DNA from: an uncultured delta proteobacterium
GTDB taxonomy: Bacteria > Desulfobacterota > RBG-13-43-22
NCBI GenBank assembly: GCA_963746605.1
Contig: CAVVCH010000053.1
Location: 183,465 to 247,464, forward strand
Length of the DNA: 64,000 nucleotides
Direction of reading: 5' to 3'
Shown: positions 1 through 7,595 of the stretch, one piece after another
How positions within the stretch are numbered: the first letter of the stretch is position 1
How the letters are laid out: every line of letters begins with the position of its first letter
Program-made: the position numbers and the translations under genes
Notes under the pieces: generated by a model
Seen by the model: the letters and a program-made list of their open reading frames with translations, nothing else
Database searches by the model: none
What the model was told of the DNA's origin: nothing

Positions 1-1
1 C

Positions 2-337
2 GCCGATCTCTCCGGGAGGGCCCACCTGGCGGCGGCCCGAAGGCTTTCCCTCGACGAGGAAAATCACGTGCTGGTATCCGAGTGGTTATGTCCCGAGACC
101 GTGATCAATTTGCGGACCAACCGTTTTGTCTCACTGGTCGCCTGGGATGCCGCCGCGGATCGGGGGTTTCAATTACTGGGGAAGTTGCGGGAGATGAAAG
201 ACCTGGAGATGTTGAACGGCTACAGTCCCGACCTGGAAAAGAAAGAGCCCATACCCCAGGTGGAGCGGGAACTGGTCGTTCAGGTCGATCAAATCCTGGA
301 ATTCAAAATAGCGCCTCACAGCGACGTGGAGGAATAG
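2..337 (+). CDS. hypothetical protein, C-terminal part (5' end lies outside the window)
   Basis: Frame is open from position 2 with no upstream stop. Ends at TAG 335-337. Two stem-loop terminators follow immediately. Confidence 0.4.
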   Translation, partial: ADLSGRAHLAAARRLSLDEENHVLVSEWLCPETVINLRTNRFVSLVAWDAAADRGFQLLGKLREMKDLEMLNGYSPDLEKKEPIPQVERELVVQVDQILEFKIAPHSDVEE

Positions 338-388
338 CAGGCTAGGCCGGGATACGGCTCTGTGTCGGGAAGAGGTCTTTTAAGCAGG

Positions 389-426
389 CAGCCCGCTGGT
401 TTCTGAACCAGCGGGCTTATTTATTA
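389..426 (+). terminator. stem-loop (AGCCCGCTGG...CCAGCGGGCT) followed by TATTTATT
   Basis: 10-bp perfect inverted repeat with an 8-nt loop and a T-rich tail, directly downstream of the first CDS. Confidence 0.5.
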
Positions 427-430
427 AACG

Positions 431-470
431 CCATGCTTCGGGGCGCCCCGAAGCATGGAAACAGTTTTTT
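431..470 (+). terminator. rho-independent terminator (CCATGCTTCGGGGCG/CGCCCCGAAGCATGG + AAACAGTTTTTT)
   Basis: Perfect GC-rich palindrome followed by a U-tract. Confidence 0.6.
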
Positions 471-474
471 CGTA

Positions 475-580
475 GGGGTGGGGTTTACCCCCACCCGAGC
501 TTGGACATCACGGTCTCACATTTTTTCAGGGCTCCTGGAAGATGCCGAGTCTTGTGCGGGTGGGGATTAACCCCACCCCT
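475..580. repeat. two copies of a palindromic hairpin repeat GGGGTGGGG-N4-CCCCCACCC (475-496 and 557-580)
   Basis: Near-identical G/C-tract hairpins with TTTA and ATTA loops, both in a non-coding stretch. Confidence 0.5.
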
Positions 581-635
581 ACCTCAAGCATGTGACGAGG
601 TCGTTTGAGCCTTTGAAGAGCAAGACGCTATTATT

Positions 636-748
636 ACCAAATAAACTTCGAACGTCCAACCTCGAATGACCGACAAATCTCCTTTGCCTAACAGGGAGTA
701 TCTTTCCATTAAACATTCGATGTTGGAAGTTCGATGTTCGACGTTCAA
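636..748. repeat. TTCGA-rich repeat block forming the left arm of a long inverted repeat (partner at 7396-7463)
   Basis: 685-748 (GCCTAACAGGGAG...CCATTAAACATTCGATGTT[GGAAGTTCGATGTT]CGACGTTCAA) is the reverse complement of 7396-7463 apart from a 14-bp internal duplication. A further related unit CATTCGAGGTTGGACGTTCGAAG lies inverted at 636-658. Confidence 0.55.
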
Positions 749-798
749 CTTTTCCGCAATCCTTCCGCAGTCTATCCAGCGCAAAAACAACTTACCGC

Positions 799-1137
799 CT
801 AGGCGGCGGGGGAGTAAACCTGCAGCCCCTTGGCTTGTTTGATGGACTTAAAACGGACATAATGTTCATGGACCCGATGACGGAGACTCTTTAACCGCTG
901 TGAATAGGCCTCGGATGTACCCCGGGGCTCGCTGATGGAAAAAACATAATTCGCCAGATCATCCATGACATGTTCAATCGCCGCCGCCCATTCTCCGGTG
1001 ACTTGGGAAGACATTTTTTCGGCTTCAGCCAATTGCTCATCGAGCATCCGGATCGATTTCTCAAGCCCGTCCATGAAAACCGCCCAGGAGTCATTGACGC
1101 AACACACCAGATCGTTACATTCCATAATTTGAGCCAT
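799..1137 (-). CDS. hypothetical protein (112 aa)
   Basis: ORF with AAGGAG ribosome-binding site (RBS) upstream of the ATG at 1137. No recognisable motif. Confidence 0.6.
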   Translation of the reverse strand: MAQIMECNDLVCCVNDSWAVFMDGLEKSIRMLDEQLAEAEKMSSQVTGEWAAAIEHVMDDLANYVFSISEPRGTSEAYSQRLKSLRHRVHEHYVRFKSIKQAKGLQVYSPAA

Positions 1138-1220
1138 AAACTGTCTCCTTCTCTTTGGAATTCAAAGTGTCCCGCACATTTTATATTTCAGGTGACGTCA
1201 GGGAAAATCCCCCGCCGCTC

Positions 1221-1412
1221 TCAGACATCCTTCAACAGCAGCAGCAAGTTGTCCTTCAAGAGGTACTTTTCCGGTACAGTCCGAAACGTGTTTTGGTACT
1301 CGGTTCGGCTCGGGCCGGGAGCGGGCGATTTTTCCCCCATTCCTTCCCCCTCTAGAAATTTCAAGGTCTGGTCATATAATTTCTCTACATCGCGAAAGAC
1401 TTCCTGTTTCAT
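1221..1412 (-). CDS. small hypothetical protein (63 aa)
   Basis: Strong RBS (AGGAGG) 8 nt upstream of the ATG at 1412. Same strand as, and tightly spaced with, neighbouring genes. Confidence 0.55.
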   Translation of the reverse strand: MKQEVFRDVEKLYDQTLKFLEGEGMGEKSPAPGPSRTEYQNTFRTVPEKYLLKDNLLLLLKDV

Positions 1413-1436
1413 GAGAACACCTCCTCTTTTAGTGGA

Positions 1437-1652
1437 TTAATCCGGAATTTTTTTGCGGCCCGTCCAGCGTTGAAACCGTCCGATTTCTTTGCCCAACTCT
1501 TCGGACAGGGAAGACCCGTGGGACCGGACCAGGATTTCATACAGAGCGATGGCCGGTCCGGCCAGCAGGTCCTGGGCCCTTAGAATGAAGATGGGTTCCC
1601 GCTCCCCGATTTTAGGAATATCGATTTGACCATACTTCCCCGAGATAGCCAT
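1437..1652 (-). CDS. small hypothetical protein (71 aa)
   Basis: RBS AAGGGAGGAG immediately upstream of the ATG at 1652. Overlaps the 3' end of the upstream gene in a different frame, which suggests translational coupling. Confidence 0.55.
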   Translation of the reverse strand: MAISGKYGQIDIPKIGEREPIFILRAQDLLAGPAIALYEILVRSHGSSLSEELGKEIGRFQRWTGRKKIPD

Positions 1653-1896
1653 GGCGCTCCTCCCTTATAGATTGATCCTCCACTTTGTTCGGTTTGGTTT
1701 CAACGACAGGGTTTTCCTTATTCAGGATGGCCTTGTTATGCGGCTCCGATATAATCAGATCGAAGTCCTCTTTTTTCAGAAGTTCGATAGCCGTCTCCAA
1801 ACGGACCGAGGTCCGGATGGAAGTTCCCGGACGGTAAATAAAATAGGTTATCTTGAAATCGGGATCGATGTGCAGAATCTTAACCAGACTGGGCAT
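1612..1896 (-). CDS. hypothetical protein with a degenerate receiver-like N-terminus (94 aa)
   Basis: VKILHID...ETAIELLKKEDFDLIISEP resembles a response-regulator receiver N-terminal segment, but the phospho-acceptor Asp position reads S-E-P. Weak similarity only. Confidence 0.45.
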   Translation of the reverse strand: MPSLVKILHIDPDFKITYFIYRPGTSIRTSVRLETAIELLKKEDFDLIISEPHNKAILNKENPVVETKPNKVEDQSIREERHGYLGEVWSNRYS

Positions 1897-2151
1897 GAAA
1901 CGGCCTCCTTCATCCTTGATGGCTCAAAGGATAGCGCGATCAGGCCATGAAAGGAATAGGGGGAAACCGTAGTTTTGGGGGGAAAATGGGTGTATTTTAA
2001 GCACCGGCAGGCTATAAGTTGAACCCGCGGCTGGTTCCCGAAAAATATCGGTTTAGCGTACGACCGTCAAAGGACAGGTTCTTCGGTCATTAATTTCAAG
2101 TATGGTGTAGATGATCCTGGTTTTGTTCGGCGGCAGGGCCATGGGGCGTTT

Positions 2152-2838
2152 CTAGCCCTTCTCTTTTCCGGCGGGCTGATCTCTCAGGTACCATTCCAAG
2201 GGATTGATAAAAGTAAATCCCAGGGCCTCCAGCTTTTTTTTGAGCTGGAGTATGTTGTGGGTAAAAAGATAAGGGAAAAAGGCTCGTTTGCCTTCCTCCC
2301 AATGCCGGGAGACCAGGATGCTCCCAAAGCGTATCTTTTCCTCGGTGATGGCATCGACGATTCGTTTCATCTGTCCCTGTAGATCCTCGGCCACGATGCC
2401 CAGGAGCATCCCCGGTTCGTCGATGCCCAACACCTCGGTAAAGGCCCCCAGCAAGTCCCGGAGGGAGATGATGCCGGCGACTTTCCCGTCCCGGTCCACT
2501 ACCGGCAGGGCCCCCACGTGAATTCTCTGCATCAGCAGCAGGGCATCCTGCAGGGTATTGGCCGGCGAAACGGTCACCGGGTCGGCGGTCATGATATCCT
2601 TGATTTTCAGTGTGGCGCTGCGCTCTTTCTGGCGGAGGATTTCCTCTTCCGAGAAAAGATCCGAGGGCCAGGCACTGCGCACATCGCGATCGGTGACGAT
2701 CCCGATCAACGTGCCATCGGCCGAGACGACCGGCAGGGAATGAATCCGGTGGCGGCGCATCTGTTCTTTGGCTTCGGCAATCCCGGCCTCCGGCTCGATG
2801 GTGATCACTTTTCTGGTCATGGATTGGTCGATAAACAT
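2152..2838 (-). CDS. CBS-pair domain protein with C-terminal ACT-like domain (AcuB-like)
   Basis: Two CBS motifs (IHSLPVV...GIVTDRDV and GALPVVDRDGKVAGIISLRDLL) plus a C-terminal approximately 70-aa domain. The AcuB architecture is established knowledge. Lies 3 nt downstream of the HDAC gene. Confidence 0.8.
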   Translation of the reverse strand: MFIDQSMTRKVITIEPEAGIAEAKEQMRRHRIHSLPVVSADGTLIGIVTDRDVRSAWPSDLFSEEEILRQKERSATLKIKDIMTADPVTVSPANTLQDALLLMQRIHVGALPVVDRDGKVAGIISLRDLLGAFTEVLGIDEPGMLLGIVAEDLQGQMKRIVDAITEEKIRFGSILVSRHWEEGKRAFFPYLFTHNILQLKKKLEALGFTFINPLEWYLRDQPAGKEKG

Positions 2839-2841
2839 GGG

Positions 2842-3792
2842 TTATCCTTTTAGTAGAATTTCCATATGATGACAGGTTAATTCCGGGAGACGGTCCAGGG
2901 AATAACCCCCCTCCAGGACGGAGATCAACCTCCCCTGGGCGTGCCGCTCCGCCAACCCCATAACCCGGTTCATGATCCAGGAATACCCGGAGGTGGAAAG
3001 ATTGATATTGGACATGTCGTCGTCCACATGGGCGTCAAACCCGGCGGAAACCAAAATCACCTCGGGTTGGAAACGCTCAAAGGCCGGTAGCAGGTCTTTT
3101 TCAATCAGGGTCCGGTATTCCTCATCCCCGTATCCGGGAAGGACCGGGGAATTCAGGGTGTAACCATAACCGGCTTCCAGGCCTTTCTCGAATTCCCGGC
3201 CGGTGCCGGGGTAGGAAAAGGTCGGGTGCTCGTGAATCGAATAATAAAATACCGAGGCGTCTCTTTCAAAAATATGCTGGGTCCCGTTGCCGTGGTGGAC
3301 ATCAAAGTCAATGATCCCGATGCGCCCGACGCCCCATTCCGCTTGCAGGTACCGGGCGGCAATGGCCACATTGTTGAAAAAACAAAAACCCAGGGCCCGG
3401 TCCTTCTCGGCGTGATGTCCGGGAGGCCGGACGGCACAGAAGGCATTGTCCAACTCCCGCTCCATGACCCTCCGAACGGCTTCCAGGATTCCTCCCACGG
3501 CCAGCAGGGCGGTTTCAAAGGTCTCCTCGCAGATCTGGTTGTCCGGGTGATCCAGTTCGCTTTTGCCCATCAGGCAGGCCTCTTCAAAACGCCGGATATG
3601 TTCGACGCTGTGAACGGCCTCTATCCAGCGGGACTCCGCCTGTCGGGCCGGGATGACCGTCAGTTGCGAGAGCAGGCCCTTTTGCTCCAAGCCTCGGTAA
3701 ATAACCTCCAGTCTTTCCGGGACCTCGGGGTGATACGGTCCGGTCCGGTGCTGGAGAAAGCGTTGATCAAAAACAAAACCCGTTTTTTTCAT
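2842..3792 (-). CDS. histone deacetylase family protein (AcuC / acetylpolyamine amidohydrolase-like)
   Basis: HDAC signature blocks: RPPGHHA, GFCFFNNVA, DFDVHHGNGTQ, SAGFDAHVDD, EGGY. Confidence 0.9.
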   Translation of the reverse strand: MKKTGFVFDQRFLQHRTGPYHPEVPERLEVIYRGLEQKGLLSQLTVIPARQAESRWIEAVHSVEHIRRFEEACLMGKSELDHPDNQICEETFETALLAVGGILEAVRRVMERELDNAFCAVRPPGHHAEKDRALGFCFFNNVAIAARYLQAEWGVGRIGIIDFDVHHGNGTQHIFERDASVFYYSIHEHPTFSYPGTGREFEKGLEAGYGYTLNSPVLPGYGDEEYRTLIEKDLLPAFERFQPEVILVSAGFDAHVDDDMSNINLSTSGYSWIMNRVMGLAERHAQGRLISVLEGGYSLDRLPELTCHHMEILLKG

Positions 3793-3914
3793 GATTCGCG
3801 ATTATTAATTCCCGTGGTCTTTTTGTCAACAGCTTTATGGGGCGCGAAGGCAATAAATCCAGCGGTCAATAATAAATTGACTAAGGCGGAGGACTTCGTT
3901 AAAGATTCTTAGTT

Positions 3915-5735
3915 ATGGGAAAGGCCTCCCGAGAATTCATCGTTCTGACGGTGCTCCTCCTCTACGCGATCACCGCCACCTATCCTCTGATTGTTCATCT
4001 CTTTGATCGCCTGCCGGGATGGCCCGGAGACAATCTGTATTTTCAGTGGGAATTATGGTGGTTTAAACGGGCGATCCTCGACCTTAAGATCAGCCCTTTC
4101 ACCTGTCCGGACCTCTATTATCCGGCGGGGATGGACCTTTCCCGGGATGAAGTGACCCCATCCAACACCCTCCTGGGGCTTCCCTTGACGGCCCTTTTCG
4201 GCCCGACCGCGTCTTATAACCTCCTGCTCCTGGTTTCCTTTGTGCTCACCGGGTACGGTATCTACCGGATCGTTTTCGAAGGAACCGGCAATCGCTGGGC
4301 CGGATTGCTGGCCGGGATCGCCGCCTCCCTCGCGCCCTACCGGATGGCCCATTTGGCCGGACATTTGAATCTAATGGCAACCCAATGGATCGTGCTGACC
4401 CTGCTTTTTTTGGGGCGGTGGTTTAAGGATCAACGTCCCGGCGCCATGGTCCTGGCCGGCCTGTTCTTCGCCCTCAACGGCCTGGCCGCCTGGTACTATT
4501 TTTATATCGGGACCTTCACTGTGGGCCTCTACCTGCTGATAAGGTCCTGGCCTTTAGGACGATTCTGGAGGCAGCGCCGGGCCTGGTGGGGATTGCTTTT
4601 GTTTGGATTGATTTCCCTGGTGCTGGTTTTGCCTTTTGCCCTGCCCATGCTGGAATTAAGAGACCAGGGTCTGCTGGAACGGTCGATTTCCGGCCTGGAG
4701 GCCTTCGGGGCCAATCCCACAAATTTTTTTCTGCCCAACCCCTGGCATCCCCTCTGGGGAAATTTAACCTGGAAGATTTTCCCTTCCCAGTGGGGGTCGG
4801 TGGTGGAGCAAAACCTGAGCCTGGGGGGGACGGTATTGCTCCTGGCTTTTCTGGGAGCGGTGGTTTCTCGCCGGAATCGGGAAGTCCGGCCCTGGCTTTT
4901 TCTGGCGGTGATCAGCGCGATTTTAGCCATGGGGCCGGTGCTCAAGTGGAACAATCACCGCTGGGAATTCCATCTCCCGGCCCTGGCGGTTCAATGGGCC
5001 GAACAGACGGGAGTACCCTCTTTCCTGGATCGCTGGGTGGACCCCCAATACGGTGAGGCCATACGCTCCGGAAAGGGGTTTGTCCCCCTGCCCCTGATGC
5101 TGTGTTACGCCCTGGTGCCGCTGACCTCGTCCATGCGGGCTTTAGTGCGGTTTGGCTGGATTACCTTTCTCTCGGTGAGTGTCCTGGCCGGGTACGGAGT
5201 CCACTGGCTGCTCTCGAAAACAACCGGCCGCCCGGTCCTGACCAGGGGGTTCCTGGCCCTGGGCTTCATCCTGATCCCGTTGGAACTCTGGACCCAGATT
5301 CCGAAATGGACCTCCACGACCCCCCGGCCGGTCGATCTATGGCTGGCAACACAGCCCCGACCGTCGGCCGTGATCGAGTACCCTTTTTTGGATAATTTTT
5401 CCGCCCGGCTCATGCTCTCCCAGACCGTTCATCAGCAGCCCCTGATTATGGGAGGGCTCCCGCCTTCTTTTCATCCGGAAGAATTATATCAAAGAAGCGA
5501 GCGACTGAAGGATTTCCCTTCCCCGGCCGGGATCGAGGCCCTGCGGGGCTGGGGTGCCCGCTATATTCTGGCCACCCCTGTCCGTTTTCCCGGCGAGCCG
5601 AGTTGGCAGGAATTCAGGAACAAACTGACCGGATTCCCGGAGGTCCGGCTGGTGAAAGAAATCAACGGCGTCTGGATTTATGAATTAGAATTCGGGAAAC
5701 GTAAGGGGAAATATTCTTCAGGAAAGGAGCCATAA
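3915..5735 (+). CDS. large polytopic membrane protein (606 aa), possibly a membrane glycosyltransferase / YfhO-like
   Basis: At least 12 hydrophobic segments, with conserved-looking N-terminal D/E and W-rich loops. The family assignment is tentative. Confidence 0.6.
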   Translation: MGKASREFIVLTVLLLYAITATYPLIVHLFDRLPGWPGDNLYFQWELWWFKRAILDLKISPFTCPDLYYPAGMDLSRDEVTPSNTLLGLPLTALFGPTASYNLLLLVSFVLTGYGIYRIVFEGTGNRWAGLLAGIAASLAPYRMAHLAGHLNLMATQWIVLTLLFLGRWFKDQRPGAMVLAGLFFALNGLAAWYYFYIGTFTVGLYLLIRSWPLGRFWRQRRAWWGLLLFGLISLVLVLPFALPMLELRDQGLLERSISGLEAFGANPTNFFLPNPWHPLWGNLTWKIFPSQWGSVVEQNLSLGGTVLLLAFLGAVVSRRNREVRPWLFLAVISAILAMGPVLKWNNHRWEFHLPALAVQWAEQTGVPSFLDRWVDPQYGEAIRSGKGFVPLPLMLCYALVPLTSSMRALVRFGWITFLSVSVLAGYGVHWLLSKTTGRPVLTRGFLALGFILIPLELWTQIPKWTSTTPRPVDLWLATQPRPSAVIEYPFLDNFSARLMLSQTVHQQPLIMGGLPPSFHPEELYQRSERLKDFPSPAGIEALRGWGARYILATPVRFPGEPSWQEFRNKLTGFPEVRLVKEINGVWIYELEFGKRKGKYSSGKEP

Positions 5736-5737
5736 GG

Positions 5738-6307
5738 TCACATTTCTTTTTTCATGGAAGGGTTTGACCTTCCCTCCTGCGCGGACCTCATCTTGGAGAG
5801 CTCGTTCAGATATTTCACCATTTCCTCCGTCCGTGTGGCGATCTGGTGAGGATTCTGCCCCCCTTGGACTTCTTTTTCCAGCAAATCCAGGTTTTCCTTG
5901 AGGCCGGCCAGGTTTCGATTCATACGTTCCATCATCATCTTGACTCTCGCCTGCATGGCGGAGTCCATGGTCTTCACGTGGGCCTTTTGGAATTCCTCGA
6001 TCAGGGCAAAGCTGCGCTTCATTTCCGCGAAGGCCGCCTTGATAAATCCCGAGTCGATCTGGTCCGGCCGTTGGGCGGCCTGAAGATGAAGCGCGTTGGT
6101 AAAGGCCGCCAGGTATTGAATGGAGGCGTTGGCCAGCACCTTGTTCTGTTCCTGCATCATTTTTACCATCTCTTCCGGACGGTCCCCGCCCATCATTCCC
6201 GTTCTCATTCCCGTTTCCTGGGCGGAAAGCATTGGACTAAAGGCCGACAGCCAGGAGATGACTATCAAAAAAGAAAAAAATTTTGCTACGCGGCAGAAGT
6301 AGTGCAT
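5738..6307 (-). CDS. secreted Met-rich hypothetical protein (189 aa)
   Basis: N-terminal signal peptide (FFSFLIVISWLSAFSPMLSA). Met-rich stretches (MRTGMMGG, MVKMMQEQ, KMMMERM). Confidence 0.55.
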   Translation of the reverse strand: MHYFCRVAKFFSFLIVISWLSAFSPMLSAQETGMRTGMMGGDRPEEMVKMMQEQNKVLANASIQYLAAFTNALHLQAAQRPDQIDSGFIKAAFAEMKRSFALIEEFQKAHVKTMDSAMQARVKMMMERMNRNLAGLKENLDLLEKEVQGGQNPHQIATRTEEMVKYLNELSKMRSAQEGRSNPSMKKEM

Positions 6308-6386
6308 GGCCCCTTCCCATAAGCGATAAGGTTATTGTCTAACAACAATAAGTCCTTTATGGGGACTTTACAATCCCTTGAGCAAT

Positions 6387-7211
6387 TTATTGACCGCTGG
6401 GGGTGGGGCTGTCTTCCGGTTTTGTCCGTTGGGGTTCGGGAGGGGGCGGCGCCGGGGCCTCGCCGGTCTCGGTCAAAGGAGCCCCTTGATGTTCCAGTTC
6501 CGGCACCATGACCTCCTCAAAGGCCGGGATGACGATGCCCCTGCGAACCATGATGTTATAATAGATCCGGGAACGATTGACCACGAATTTGGATTGGCTC
6601 AGGGGGCTGTATTTTCGGGGGTTCGGGAGGACGGCCGCCAAGCGAGCCGACTCTTCCGGACCCAGGGCCGAGGCCGGTTTTCCGTAGTAATTTCGGGCGG
6701 CCGCTTCGATGCCGAAGATTCCCTCGCCCCATTCCACCGTGTTTACGTAAAGTTCCATGATCCGTTTTTTGGGGAGCGCTCTTTCCAGGCGCCAGGTCAG
6801 GATGGCCTCCTTGATTTTTCGGATGGGATTCTTGGAAGGGCTGAGAAATAGATTCTTGGCCAATTGCTGGCTGATGGTGCTGCCGCCGACCTTGAACTTT
6901 CCCTCCTTGAGGTCCTTTTCCATGGCTTTCTGGATGGCCTCAAAATCAAAACCCTCGTGCTGATAAAATTTATCGTCTTCGGCGATAATCACAGCCTTGA
7001 TCAGGTAAGGTGAAATCCGCGACAGGGGCACCCAGCGGTGTTTTATTTTTATGTTTTTCCCTTCCCGCTGCCACTCACTCTCCCGGTATTCCATAAAGGC
7101 GGTCTTGACGGGATTCTCCTTTCTTAGGTTCCCCACGTTCGGATAAACCAAGAAAGACCCAAAATACAGGATAAGGGCCGCGAAGCAGGTTCCTATGATC
7201 TTAGTAAGCAT
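6387..7211 (-). CDS. mtgA: monofunctional biosynthetic peptidoglycan transglycosylase
   Basis: Glycosyltransferase family 51 motifs: EDDKFYQHEGFD, GGSTISQQLAKNLFL, RKIKEAILTWRLE. N-terminal transmembrane anchor. Confidence 0.9.
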   Translation of the reverse strand: MLTKIIGTCFAALILYFGSFLVYPNVGNLRKENPVKTAFMEYRESEWQREGKNIKIKHRWVPLSRISPYLIKAVIIAEDDKFYQHEGFDFEAIQKAMEKDLKEGKFKVGGSTISQQLAKNLFLSPSKNPIRKIKEAILTWRLERALPKKRIMELYVNTVEWGEGIFGIEAAARNYYGKPASALGPEESARLAAVLPNPRKYSPLSQSKFVVNRSRIYYNIMVRRGIVIPAFEEVMVPELEHQGAPLTETGEAPAPPPPEPQRTKPEDSPTPSGQ

Positions 7212-7395
7212 AGCGATAGATTATCCCCGAATTCAGATTTGGCAGGTTCCCCCTGGCGGGGGGGTAGTACCTCAATAGAACTCGGCACTACTCGGCTTTT
7301 ATTAATAGTTAACAATTAACAATTTATTATTAATTATTAATATCAATTAGTTATGATTATCCCCATGACCCCGTAGGTGGAAGGGTACCTAAAAA

Positions 7396-7512
7396 TTGAA
7401 CGTCGAACATCGAATGTTTAATGGGGAAAAGGAAGTAATAAAAATAGGTGCTCCCTGTTCGGCAGTGCGATTTGCTTTTCATTCGAAGTTGGGCGTTCGA
7501 TGTTCAATGTTC
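7396..7512. repeat. right arm of the long inverted repeat (7396-7463) plus an extra direct TTCGA-rich unit (7480-7512)
   Basis: Reverse complement of 685-748 (see the feature at 636). CATTCGAAGTTGGGCGTTCGATGTTCAATGTTCA at 7480-7512 is a third family member. Confidence 0.55.
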
Positions 7513-7595
7513 ATTTATCTTATTAAGGGGTTGCCCCGCCTGCCGGATTAGGATAAATTAACATTCCTACCTTTTGACGCCTGACAAGTCAAGGG

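Noticed and set aside
7306-7322. GTTAACAATTAACAA resembling the candidate MarR operator motif GTTAACAA
   Set aside because: It occurs in a very AT-rich promoter region, so a chance match is likely. It is not palindromic like the 14876-14894 site.
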